Assembly (NCBI GenBank): GCA_951406725.2
Contig: OX597822.1
Coordinates: forward strand, 9,796,001 to 9,860,000
Source of the DNA: Octopus vulgaris
Lineage: Eukaryota
DNA: 64,000 bases
Reading direction: 5' to 3'
The notes below the pieces were generated by a model. It was not told where the DNA came from and searched no databases. It worked only from the letters and a program-made list of their open reading frames with translations. The translations under genes were made by a program, and so were the position numbers. Below, piece after piece: positions 26,494 through 40,565 of this stretch; positions within the stretch are counted from its first letter, which is position 1, and every line of letters starts with the position of its first letter.

Positions 26494-28206
26494 ATACAAA
26501 AGGCAAAAATTGAGTACATCAACATTGAAGATGATGATATCGCACTCGCCATAGATGAGATTGACACAAACTCAGCTGCTGGACCTGATAGATTTCCAGC
26601 GATCCTTCTCAAATCGTGCTAACGAGCCCTTGCAAAACAGCTACAGCTTCTTTTCCAGAGCTTTCTTGCAAGTGGTAACCTCCCAGTCAAATTGAAAGAG
26701 GGGGTAATATGCCCTATCCATAAGGGAGGAAGCAGAGCAGATGCTAAAAATTATAGGCCTATCTCTCTGACCTCACACATCAGCAAAGTCATGGAACGAA
26801 TAGTCCGCAAGAAACTAACTTGAAGAAAATGACTTGCTGACTGACACCCAGCATAGATTTCGACCAGGTAGAAGCTGCCTAACATAGCTCCTGCAACACT
26901 ATGACTGGGTGTTAAAACAGGTACTAAATGACTCAAATGTGGATGTGATATATCTAGACTTTGCAAAAGCCTTTTATAAAGTCGACCACGGTATGATTTG
27001 TCACAAACTGCGTGGTCTCGGCATAGGCGGAAAACTTGGAGAGTGGCAGCACAACTTCCTAAAAGATAGAAGGCAGGCAGTTGTGACCAATTGAGCCACC
27101 TCCAAGAAACACAAATAACAAGCAGTGCTCCACAGGGCACTGTCTTGGGGCCACTGCTGTTCATAGTTGCCCTTTCAGACATGCCCTCAGTTGCTAAGAT
27201 GGCCACCCTTGCTAGCTATGCAGATGACAAAAGTCTCCCACACAATACAAAACCCTGGAAATATTGCAATCTGCAACAAGAGTTGGATACAATATACAGG
27301 TGGGCTGAGGACAACAACATGCAGTTTAATGCAGGTAAGTTCCAGGCCCTGCGCTACCGGCACACAAAGGTAAACGACACGCAGACTGGATACACTGGCC
27401 CGGGAAGAATTGCAATCCCTGAGTCAAAATCAGTGCGAGATCTGGGCATTGACATGAGCAATGACGCATCTTGCCAAGTACATATTACTTATTTGGTGAT
27501 AAAATGCAGACGGCTAGCTGGGATGGATTCTCCGAACTTTCAGAACAAGAGAGAAGGAGACACGGATGGTCCTGTAGAAAACATTCGTCCTCAGCCGCTT
27601 GGACTACTGCTCCCAACTATGGTCACCACACAATATAAAACTAACAGCAGAACTCGAAGCAATTCAGAGAAGCTACACAAAGAAAATCGTCTCAATGCAA
27701 AATATCAGCTACTGGGAAAGACTGAAAGTATTAAACCTCTTCTCCCTAGAGTGGAGGCGGGAGAGATATGCGGTGATATACATCTGGAAAATCCTGGAGG
27801 GTCTTGTCCCAAACTTTGGCATTCAAAGTTACCCCAACCGCAGAACGGGGCGCCACTGCATGGTGCCAAAGATTCCAACATCACCATCAAAATACAGGAC
27901 CAGATACTTCAACAGCTTGGGTTTCAGAGGACCACTACATTTTAACATCCTCCCTAAATGCTTGAGAGACTTGCATGTTGTGGATGTGGGTTTCTTTAAA
28001 ACTAAACTGAATCTCTTTTTGTTGGGGGTCCCAGATGAACCTACCTCACGACAGGAGACACAGATGCGGGCAGCGGCATCGAACTCCCTTGTTGACCAAG
28101 TGCCACGTATCTGAGGTGGATTCACATATTAGTGTAGCTCATTCAGCGGTGGTGCCCCAGCATGGCCGCAGCCTTCGGGCTGAAACATTTTAAAGGATTT
28201 AAGGAT
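26491..28206 (+). mobile_element. 5'-truncated CR1/L2-superfamily LINE, RT pseudogene with intact 3' end
   Basis: NYRPISLTSHISKVMERIV, DVIYLDFAKAFYKVDH, APQGTVLGPLLF, SYADD, YWERLKVLNLFSLEWRR; frameshifts; 3' stem-loop and short tandem tail; flanked by TA-rich repeats. Confidence 0.9.
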
Positions 28207-28790
<584 letters not shown>

Positions 28791-28932
28791 GAATTTGAGT
28801 GTGGGTGTATATTTAGCGCAAATGTATTTCACGAACAAGGAAGAAACGGAATATTCAAAACGTATTGTAGAGTTTATACATAGCCGGCTGAAATTTTAAT
28901 TAATCATTACCCACAGTTTCTCGTGTGTGTGT

Positions 28933-28975
<43 letters not shown>

Positions 28976-29016
28976 TATGTAAACATACGTATATATATAT
29001 GTATATATACACACAC

Positions 29017-29058
<42 letters not shown>

Positions 29059-29408
29059 TACATATACATATATATGCGTGTCTGTATGTAATTGCAAGCT
29101 CACACATATGCATATGTGTATGCGTATATGTATATGTATGTGCGTGTGTTAGTACGTGTGTATACAATATATGTATTTGTGCGTACAGGAGCACTTTGTT
29201 CTGGTTTTATGTTCATTCCTACTCCCCAGAGATACACAACCTAAATATATTGTTTAACACAAATATTAGGAAAACAATCACCCCTCTACTCCGTCCTACA
29301 CTCATACAAACTACTTACACCTACACATATACATATACGCTATGCGTGCGTGTGTGCGTGCGTGCGCGTGTGTATGTGTGTGCGTGTGCGTGTGAGTGCA
29401 CGTGTGTG

Positions 29409-29448
<40 letters not shown>

Positions 29449-29602
29449 TGCACGTGTGGTTTATCAATTGAATTTTTTAGCAAGCGGATATTTATTAATT
29501 TCACCATTTATCAATCACGTCTTTTAAATTTTTTTCTTAAAAAGTGTTTTGCTCTTCTAATTTTTCCACCCAGATTAATTGTTGTGATTCTATGTTTGCC
29601 TT

Positions 29603-29679
<77 letters not shown>

Positions 29680-29804
29680 ATAAGTGCGTTTGAGTGTTTG
29701 TGTGTGAGTCAGTAGTTCGCTTCCGGGCGCAAACATCTCTGCTTGTTTCAAAATACTATCATCGAAGTATGGTTGTTATTACATAGAATATATAGTGACA
29801 TGTC

Positions 29805-30100
29805 AGGGCCTTGTGGTTAGGAACTTGCACTCGCCATCGCGAGATCGTGGTTTTGGCTTTTTGACTGGGTGTCACATTGTGTTCTTGGGCAAAACGCTTC
29901 ATCTGGCCGTTTGCTCTGCAATTACTTCGACACCTGGTATGTGGTACACCGTGTACCTGTTCAGGCAACGTCGGGTTGAATACATACACAACACAGACAT
30001 TTGACCACTATAAACCAATCATTTGTGCAGGTTGTCCAGCAAGAAATTGCAGAACTGTATTTCACGGTCTATGAAAGACTACCATCATATAACGAGATGT
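29805..30100 (+). mobile_element. Degenerate family-C-like SINE
   Basis: ggccttgtggttagg...ttgtgttcttgggcaaaacgctt; body similar to the 14990 copy. Confidence 0.55.
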
Positions 30101-30144
30101 TGAACCCGAGTATCAGGGGTTCACTTCATGACACAAGCAACTCT

Positions 30145-30372
30145 ACTCTTACTTTTTTACTCTTTTACTTGTACAGTCATTTAACTGCGGCCATTCTCGA
30201 GCACTGCCTTAAGGGGTTTTAGTCGAAGAAATCGACCCCAGGAATTAATCTTTGTAAGCCTAGTATACTTATTCTATCGGTGTCTTTTGTCAAACCGCTA
30301 AGTTACGAGGGCGTGAACACCCCAGCGGCGGCTGTCCAGTGATGGCGTGAGGGCACACACGCACGCACACAT

Positions 30373-30410
<38 letters not shown>

Positions 30411-30520
30411 ACGGTCTTCTTTTAGTTTCCGTCTACCAAATCCACACACAACGCTTTGGTCCGACGTACACAAGACATATAATTCTACAAATTTCCCTCC
30501 ACCAGATACGGAACCCACGA
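30145..30520 (-). mobile_element. Degenerate SINE family A
   Basis: Similarity to consensus. Confidence 0.75.
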
Positions 30521-30845
30521 AAAGCAGCCAAATTCACGCATGAAACACTTTACCGTTTTAAAAAAACCAAGGTCCCATAGATCAATGTAGCCGCATGTCC
30601 ATTGCAGGACCTATTTAGCAGGGTACGTGTTCTATTTAGGGGCCTCGGTGTTAACCTTTTATCATGCGCATGTTTCAGTTATTGGACTGCAGTCATGCTG
30701 GGGCACTGCTTTCAAAACTTTACTCGAACAAATCGATCCCAGTAATTAACTATTTTAAAGTTTGCTACTTATTCTATCGATATCTTTTCCCAACCGCTAG
30801 GTTGTCAAGCGGTGGGAGAAAAAAGAAACGTAAAGAAATACTCAC

Positions 30846-31260
30846 AGGCGCAGGAGTGGCTGTGTGGTAGGTAGCTTGCTTACCAACCACATGGTTCTGG
30901 GTTCAGTCCCACTGCGTGGCATCTTGGGCAAGTGTCTTCTGCTATAGACTCGGGTCGACCAATGACTTGTGAGTGGATTTGGTAGACGGAAACTGAAAGA
31001 AGCCTGTCGTATATATGTATATATATATATCTATGTGTGTGTATATGTTTGTGTGTCTGTGTTTGTCCCCCCACCATCGCTTGACAACCGATGCTGGTGT
31101 GTTTACGTCCCCGTCACTTAGCGGTTCGGCAAAAAGAGACCAATAGAATAAGTACTGGGCTTACAAAGAATAAGTCCCGGGGTCGATTTGTTCGACTAAA
31201 GGTGGTGCTCCAGCATGGCCGCAGTCAAATGACTGAAACAAGTAAAAGAGTAAAAGAGAG
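30846..31260 (+). mobile_element. SINE family A, full length
   Basis: Near-consensus copy. Confidence 0.9.
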
Positions 31261-31667
31261 AGATATACACGTATACACACATATGTAAACGACGGTCTTC
31301 CACACAGCCCAAAGCCCTTAAATGACTACAACAGGATTTTTTTTCAAGTTTACCTGATGTATGGCCGTTCATACCTCTAGACATACCTATTTCGTCATGC
31401 TTGTATAATCCGAAATCTATAGATATGGATTTCTTGGTGTGTCTAATATGCATAGGCATATAAAACTGCATAAACCTGCAAACTATCGCATACACACATG
31501 ATGACGTCGAAGCCGGCTCTGAATCGAATTTTTTGACTCAAATAAAGATTTTATCGAAAGACAAAGGATTTTTTCTGTAGCGTAAAAATGTATTTCACTT
31601 CCTTCAATGGATTTATTGAATTTAGCCAATTCTAATGTATTAATAACTAGGAGCTTATCATGGAAGG

Positions 31668-31775
31668 ATAGGTGTTTTCGCTCAATAAACACTCACAACG
31701 CCCGGCCTGGGAATCGAAACTGCGATCCTACGACCGTGAGTCCGCTGCCCTAACCACTGGGCCATTGCGCCTCCA
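31668..31775 (-). mobile_element. SINE family D head
   Basis: Reverse complement of the 7487 head. Confidence 0.85.
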
Positions 31776-32019
31776 CTTAATCTCTTAAATACCATCCTGT
31801 AAATTTTCGTTCAGAAATGTCTAGTAAATATATATATTTGAACGAAAATATACATTCACTGTACTTTGAGATATCTGTCACTTATGTCGAACCCGAAATA
31901 CTTCGTTCGTTATATTCTTCCCATTTTCTATCATTTCCGTCAGTAATTTCATAATAAATCAGAACTTGTGCAAAATGATTTCTGTACTTACTCTTCATTA
32001 TATACAAATTCATAATAAA

Positions 32020-32238
32020 CAATCCTTTCTATTATAGACACAAGGCCTGAAATTTTGGGGAGGGAAATAGTCGATTACATTGACCCCAGTACTCAACTGG
32101 TACTTAATTTATTGACCCCGAAAAGAAGAAAGGCAAAGTCGACCTCGGGGGAGTTTGAACTCGGAACATAGCGACAGGCGAAATACTGCTAAGCATTTCG
32201 TCCAGCGTGCTAACGATTCCGCAAACTCGACGCCTTAA
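32020..32238 (-). mobile_element. SINE family B
   Basis: Reverse complement of the family B head and core. Confidence 0.8.
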
Positions 32239-32774
32239 ATTCATAATAAATAATAAAAAAATAGTCACTATATATTTTTTTTTGCATGGAAATTGAAAAA
32301 AAAAATGTGTTTGTTAAGAGAATGTCGTATCTAAATATATGCAGGAAGGAATTGTATTGCTCTGGTGAATTTGAAGGTTAGTTATCATATTCAGGAATGT
32401 GATCCGAAAGGGTTTTAAGTTTTTAACAATGGGGTGTTTTCAAATAGTAGTGGCACGTGAGCTCTTGTTTTGTATATGAATGGAGCCGTGAATATGCGCC
32501 TCTCACTGCATTTGAGAGATTACGTTCACACTCTCCCCCAAAATTCCTAGTATCTTGTATGTGTATGTATGTGTGTGTGTATGTGTATGTATGTGTGTGT
32601 GTGTGTGTGCAGTTCAACTCTTGATGTACTTTGGGTAGTTGACTACAACTGAATATCGTTTAGTCGAATATCTGCAAGGCTTTTCACCAAATCTAAATAT
32701 CTTATGAGTTTTGGTGCTGATACAAAAAAGCAATAGTTTGCTTGTAGAAACACCCTTTCGTGTCACTGGTGAAA

Positions 32775-32831
<57 letters not shown>

Positions 32832-32835
32832 AAAT

Positions 32836-32884
<49 letters not shown>

Positions 32885-33140
32885 TATATATATACATACA
32901 CAAGCACACACACATACATACACACATATATGCACACATACATACATATTGGCATATATACAAACATACATACGGTGTGTTGAAAAGTTCTTGGCTTTAA
33001 GATGTTGCGAGGTCTTTTACAGGGCTTAGAAAAAAAAACTAAAGGACCACTGAAATAGGTTTGTGAATCTGAGGGGAATATGTTGGGCAAAGTCATAATT
33101 AACCGATCCTCCTGCATTTAGTTTTACCGAAAGCCAGCTC

Positions 33141-33203
<63 letters not shown>

Positions 33204-33641
33204 ACACACAAACACACACACACACACACACACACACCCGCTCACTCACACATATTTTAGTTTAGTTTTTTATTGGTTACACAACATATAAACACAAATA
33301 CTCGCACACATATTAGTTTTTATAATTGCACGTATGTGTGTCCGTGTGTCCATGTATGTTTATGTCCTGACTACGCTTGCGCTTCGATTAATAGATACCG
33401 ATAAAAAGTAACAGGTTGTTATGATTGATAACCGACTAAATACTTGAAGGTTGATTCCCGAGCGTGGCTGCTGTTCAATGAGTGACAGCAATAAAAACAT
33501 CTGCATTTGTGTTTGAGTAGTGTTAAATACCTTGTGGTATTGAAATCCATAAAAGGGGGAATCGGCTCATCCTTTGAATATATATAAACAGAGTAATCTC
33601 GATAAATAAAGTTCGATAAAATGACTACGAAGGTAAATATT

Positions 33642-33700
33642 GAGGTTGATTGATTCTAGTTTCAGCTCATGAGCTGTGGCCATGCTGGGGCACCGCCATT
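33642..33700 (-). mobile_element. Very short retroposed CR1-type 3' tail
   Basis: Minus strand ggcggtgccccagcatggccacagctcatgagctgaaac; flanked by taaatatt direct repeats. Confidence 0.6.
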
Positions 33701-34372
33701 TAAATATTATTCAATATTATTCAATATTATTCAATAAAATTTCTTGAAGGTGGCGCTCCAGAATGGCCGCATTCCAATGGTTGAAACCTGCATAAGAACA
33801 TAAGAATAAATAACAAAACAAAGATGAATAAATGGCGTCAGTAATAACGAGGGAAGAGATGTTGAATTAAAGAAATATTTTAGACAGAAGAAGCTGTTTA
33901 GATAAAAGTATCCAGATAGCAGAAGTCAGAATTATTTGGTTTTATTTTGGTCTTGTAAAAGCAGCGAATCGGAAAAATGCAAGTTTGAATGACAGCAAGT
34001 CGTGAAGAAATGACGGTTGGGTGAGATTAACTTTCCTAGATCAAGGTCCATTTAACTTTCCAATGGTGGAAATTTATATTGGTGTGAATGTGTGGATGAT
34101 TCGAGACGCCATAGAGGATAAAAGAAAAGAAGTCAACAAAAAATAATATTAAAATAATATAAAGATAAAATGAAATGAAATAATAGAAAAAGAAGCCCTG
34201 AGGAATAAGATGAATTATGAGATAGTCTCTTGAAGAAGTGATCTAAAATATATATATATTTTTTTTATTTTGTAGTAGACATTTGGAGGGGTTGGTGGAG
34301 AAGTAGGTGTTCGACTGAAAGAATTGCTTCTATATTTTCTTTTTCAATTAAGTGTGAAGAAAAAAACGACTA

Positions 34373-34419
<47 letters not shown>

Positions 34420-34468
34420 TGATAAAGAGACAAAGGAAGAAAATTGATTAATCAATAATTAAATAAAT

Positions 34469-35085
34469 AAAGGCTGCGAGCGGGCAGGACCGTTACGGCG
34501 CCGGGCGAAATGCTTAGCGGCATTTTGTCGGTCTTTACGTTCTGAGTTCAAATTCCGCCAAGGTCGACTTTACCTTTCATCCTTTCGGAGTCATCGATAA
34601 AGAACCAGTTGTACACTGGGAGTCAATGAAATTGATTTACTCCCACCCACTAAATTGCTAGCCTTGTGCCAATATTTGAAAATAAACAAATAAATAAATA
34701 AAGGCAGCTGTGTAGTAAGAAGCTTGTTATCCAACCGCATGGTTCCGGGTTCAGTCCCACTGCGTGGCACCTTGGACAGGTGTCTTCTACTATAGCCTCG
34801 GGCCCACCAAAGCTGTGTGAGTGAATTTGATTGACGAAAACTGAAAGAAGCCCGTCGTATATATATGTCTATGTATCTGTGTTTGTCCACCCCACCCATC
34901 ATCACTTGACAACCAATGCTGGTGTGTTCACGTCCCCCGTCACTTAGCGGTTCAGCAAAAGACACGGATAGAATAAGTACTAGACTTACAAGAATAAGTC
35001 TTTGTGTCGATTTCTTTGAATAAACGCAGTGCTCCAGAATGGCCGCTGTCAAATGACTGAAACAAATAAAAGAATAAAAGAATAA
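34469..35085 (+). mobile_element. SINE family B followed by SINE family A
   Basis: B at 34469-34680, A at 34703-35085. Confidence 0.85.
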
Positions 35086-35495
35086 ACGGCAATTTGAAAA
35101 CCGAAAATTAGCAACAACAACAGCAACAACAACAACAACGGCTGTATCAAATACTCATAGAATGAAAGTGGATATTTGAAATTAGCCAAGAATCCCAGAG
35201 TTAGCAAACTAACAAGTAAGTTGAGCTGTTTCACTATGAAAGACGTCGAAAGTTATCAACTGTCGGCCAAATTTACGCTTCAATAACGAACAAGAATAAT
35301 GGGAAATGGGCAAAGCAGATTTGGCAAACGTTTGTCAGTGTTTTAGATGTAGAAGAAACCCGAATACTTCATCTCACTGAGTTTCCTCGGTTAAGTGGCC
35401 TGTTGGTGGTCAGCGAAGAATTGTCACGAACATTCCAGTCGGCACCTTACATGTTTTTGACTTGTGCTAATCCGAAATTGGATCGCTTTAGCATT

Positions 35496-35526
<31 letters not shown>

Positions 35527-35670
35527 ATACTGGGTTCTAGAGTTTGGTTTAATTAGTTATTCAGTGTAATTAGTTGATCTTTTTTTTTTGTTTTTTGCTT
35601 ACATTTTTTGCATGTTGGTAGAAAACTTGCGTTCCAGCTATATGGTTTTTCGGGTTCAGTCCCGCTGTGC

Positions 35671-35795
35671 TGCATCTTCGACAAGTATCTCCTGCTTTTG
35701 CCCCAGAGTGACCAAAGCCTTTGGAGTGGATTTGGTAATCGGAAACTGAAAAAAGCTCGTCGTACATAAATACATACATACATACATACATACAC

Positions 35796-35886
<91 letters not shown>

Positions 35887-35922
35887 TATATGTGTACGTA
35901 TGTATGTATGTATGTATGTATG

Positions 35923-35955
<33 letters not shown>

Positions 35956-36970
35956 CTATGAATATGTGCGTCTTTGTGTTTGTGTTTTGTTTGTCCCCCG
36001 TCACTGCTCGACAACCGATGTTGGTTTGTTTACTTACGTTCCCGTAACGTAGTAGTTCGGCAAAACTACCAGACATAAGAAAATACCAGGTTTCGATTTA
36101 TTCGACCAAACCCTTTAAGGTGGTGCCTCAGAATTGCCACAGTTCAAAGATAAAATTAAAAGAAGATTATTTCAGTATGGATATATTTTGGCACGACTTC
36201 AAGACAGAATTGTGCGGAGGGGTGTATGTGAGTAAATCGATATTAGTAGATGGAACTTACTTTATTTTGTCTTGAGCCGTAGGACTCCTAAGATGTGAGC
36301 TTAATCCGGTTTCTATGGAGTTTAAGTGACAGATATTGCAATGTTTCCTCACTTGAACGGATAAGATCTTTCTCGAGTCGAGTCACATGGGTTCATAGGG
36401 CCGGTTCCCCGGTGTCCATGGCGTATATATCCCCATCACTGGGTGGGACGCCAGTCTGTCGCAGAATTACTCAAATTTGCCAGCCGAGTGGACTCAAGAC
36501 AAAATAAAGTAAGTTCCATCTACTAATATCGATTTACTCACAAACACCCCTCCGCACAATTCTGTCTTGAAGTCGTGCCAAAATATATCCATACTGAAAT
36601 AATCTTCTTTTAATTTTATCTTTGAACTGTGGCAATTCTGAGGCACCACCTGAAAGGGTTTGGTCGAATAAATCGAAACCTGGTATTTTCTTATGTCTGG
36701 TAGTTTTGCCGAACCACTACGTTACGGGAACGTAAGTAAACAAACCAACATCGGTTGTCGAGCAGTGACGGGGGACAAACAAAACACAAACACATTCATG
36801 GCTATATATATATACATACATATATATGTGTGTGTGTATATATATATATATTTATGTATGTATGTATGTATTTATATACGACGAGCTTTTTTCAGTTTCC
36901 GACTACCAAATCCACTCCAAAGGCTTTGGTCACTCTGGGGCAAAAGCAGGAGATACTTGTCCAAGATGCA
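35671..36970. repeat. Local inverted duplication (arms 35671-36276 and 36493-36970)
   Basis: Arms share private SINE mutations and unique flank; they differ mainly in microsatellite length. Confidence 0.9.
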
Positions 36971-37449
36971 TCGCTGGATCGGGAATCGAAATCACAACCT
37001 TACGATCATAAGTAATACATCGGAACCACGCACCACTACCACAACCATCACCACCACTCAATATAGTAATTGTTACTCGTAAAATGACTAGTAATGTATT
37101 TTCGCCACTGTGGGTAATATCAAGTTATGTTTCATTAGTACAATAATTTTAGTTTTACTTTTCTCAAATTTGATGATGATACAAAATAATGAAATGAATA
37201 TTAATTTTGAAAATGAAATTAATTATTAAATTAAAATCTAATTCAGTAAACCAAATTTCTCAATTGTATATTTGCAATAAATATGTACGTGCTATTAATA
37301 ACTATAATATTGTTTAACTATGAATTAAATGCAGATGTAACATATTGAAAATTTTTTATAATTCAGCGAGGTATTTTTAGCGTGACCTAATAACCAACAC
37401 TGTGTAATGTTTGGTTTACCTATAAGCCACTCGTTACAGGGAAGATATA

Positions 37450-38325
37450 CAAGGTCTGATCAATAAGTATCCGGACTGCTGCCATAGTAACGAAGCTAAA
37501 GTACGCAGACTGTAGCCGCTAGGCAAAGATTGACCTTGACCTCTGCTGCGCATGTGCAGTAAATTTTAACGTTCTCGCTTACTTCCACTGTTTACAGCAT
37601 TGCTTGGAAAGAAGGTGTGTAGCGTGTGATCTTCGCATTGAACATAACAGAGAAAGTTGTCATGTCGATACCTGCTCAGAGGCCTACGCAAAGTTGCAGA
37701 AAGTGTATGGAGAGGAGTGTACGAGTGGTTCAGACGTTTCCAAAATGGCCGAAGAAATGTCGATATTGTCGAACTTTCTGGGAGACCCGCAACCAGTAGA
37801 ACTGAGATAAACATCGCAGATGTGCATGCAGCTGTGAGGGGTAATCGTCGACTCACCATCCGTAAGTTATCAGAAGATGTTCAGATTAGTTACGGCTCAG
37901 TTCAGTCCATTATCACTGAAGATTTGGATATGACACGCGTGTCTGCAAAGTTTGTGCCAAAACTACTGCAGCTGACCTAAAAATTCTCGGGTTTCAGTTG
38001 CACAAGATTTCTTTGATTGTGTCAAGAATGATGAAAACTTTTTGAAAACTTTGCGTAGGCCTCTGAGCTGGTATCGCCAAGCTTTTGGCAAAATTTCATG
38101 TAGATTCTGTGCTCAACTTCCTCTGCCATTATAAATGCGACGATCACATGCTACACACCTTCCTCCGAAGCATTGCTGTAAACAGCAAAATTGAGCTAGA
38201 ACATTAAAACTTAGTGCACAAACACAGCAGAGTTCAACATCAGTCTGTGCCAAGCGGTTTTACTCTGCGTACTTTAGCTTCGTTACTATGGCAACGGTCT
38301 GGATTCTTATTGATCAGACCACGAG
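37450..38325 (+). mobile_element. Mariner-derived fold-back element with long inverted ends and a transposase N-terminal fragment
   Basis: TA-flanked ends ggtctgatcaataag; WFRRFQNGRRNVD..SGRP..NRRLTIRKLSED..RVSAKFVPKLL; 38048-38325 is an inverted copy of the left end. Confidence 0.85.
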
Positions 38326-39177
38326 TATTCAACTGGAGTGACCATAACATATTACTGGTATTAAATTTATCTGTTGTTCTAAGGAAGAAAAGTAGATCGA
38401 TTAACCCTGCTGTAATTTGAAATCTGAACTGACGAAGACGAAAGTAAATATTTTGGGGGTCTGATGTTATTTAAGCAATATCTTCCGTCTACACAATACT
38501 TTTGGTTTAAAAGGAATGCTTGTTTTCATGGTAACTAATAGATGACATAACATGTGTAAGCGAAGTGAAACAATTTCCGTCGAGAATCGAAACTAGATCT
38601 GTTTGATTCTTCTAGTTCATTCATAGCTCATATACAGTGACGGGGAATCTTTTTTTTAATCCGGCTTGTCGAAATTTTCCTATAATAATCTTGTCATTGG
38701 AATGTCATATGTATTTTAGTTTCAGGGAAATGTTTTTAGATAATGTGCAAGGAGAGTTTAGCGAAGACTTTCATGTGCAATATAAAAACATGCGGCGTGT
38801 CATACATAGTTACCATTAAACCGTTTTAACTCGATAAGTATGTTATATCTGCGATTGATTCATAGTTAAACAACATTAATGTTATTGATAACATACATCT
38901 ATTCATTGCAAATATGCAGGGTGTACCAGAATGAACCATTTCAGTGAAAACGAACAATTTTTTAAATGACTCACTTTTATTTATGTTTAATATGTATTAA
39001 GAGCGTATAAATTTTTAACTTTGTTCATAATTCCAGAACTTTTACAGTTCTATATTTAAGGGATGAGGAATTTATTTTGTAGTAGACATTTGGAGGGGTT
39101 GGTGGAGAAGTAAGTGTTCGACTGAAAGAATTGCTTCTATCTTTTCTTTTTTAATTAAGTGTAAAGAAAAAACGACT

Positions 39178-39492
<315 letters not shown>

Positions 39493-39538
39493 CATAAAAA
39501 ACCTTAGGAATGGGAACCCAGGTTCAAAATTTCCCCAT

Positions 39539-39584
39539 GACACCTGGTGAAGGCCAGAGGGTATATCAGCCGAAACGTTGTGTT
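39539..39584 (+). ncRNA. Degenerate minimal hammerhead motif (PLE type)
   Basis: GACAC-CUGGUGA-A-GGC...GCC-GAAA-CG-UU-GUGUU; A6 mutated to G. Confidence 0.5.
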
Positions 39585-39844
39585 AACAACAAGCAAGATG
39601 AGGAAAATAATGTCCAGAATTTTTATAATTTGTTTTATGATCTTATTTCCATCCCTGTTGGATCCCGCTTTTCTGTCCACGACAGCTTTCTTTCAAGTTG
39701 GCTGCAATTATTTTCCCTAGATGGAGCAATAGTTTAGCTGAACTTAAAGAACTCATTCAGTTAGCAGTGCAGGTGATAACTCCTGAAATCCTTCAATTTG
39801 TGTTTCTCAATGCTAAGGGATACAGGCGGAGCACATGTTGAAAA

Positions 39845-40239
39845 TCTTTATATATAAAAGAGAGGCTGTGCGCTGTCTGTCTCCTACGATTTAGATTCCT
39901 AACTACTCCCACATTTTGCGGTGCAGTTTAACCAAAACCGGGTATCTTATAGTCGTGATTCATATCGAGCCCTTCTGAGTATTAGCGCGCGTCTACGATG
40001 AGTCTACGATTTAAAAAAATATTTAGCATCAATTTTTCCCATTTTTAATGCATTTTTGGCATATATAAGGGAAGTGACTCTCTAAAAATTTATTATTAAA
40101 TCTCAGAACGTAAAAAGCTACAGTAACACCCCCCTTTGTGGTTAGCCATATTGAGATGGCTATTATACTTTACATCTCTAAAAATGCTTATATAGTTATT
40201 TCCCTTACAAACCCGAGCAACACCGGGCGATACTGCTAG
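39845..40239 (+). mobile_element. Non-autonomous Helitron, second copy of 8663-9057
   Basis: TC...hairpin...CTAG, A/T target, high identity to the first copy. Confidence 0.85.
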
Positions 40240-40565
40240 TTCTCAATAAAATTTTAACGTAAGATTTATAAATCTATTTGTTTTGGTATCATAATTAAAT
40301 AATAAACATAAAATTCAGTCAGTAAAAAAAACAAACTGCTCGATATCAATGAAATCGATAATTAATTCTGGAACATCCAGTACAACTGAAAAATTTGTTT
40401 CATTCACAGTTTTTTTTATTCATTTGCGTTTTAAATACATTTAATTATAATTCTTTACCTTCATATCTTTTTAGAGAAACCAGTTATACTTAAATGGAAA
40501 TAATACATTTCTAAATCTCTCAAAGAGATTCATACAGTAGCAGCACGATAAAGTGATGGTATGTT

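Noticed and set aside
38420-38450. ctgacga-agac-gaaa hammerhead-like string
   Set aside because: No stem I or II pairing; appears to lie in a decayed reverse SINE B
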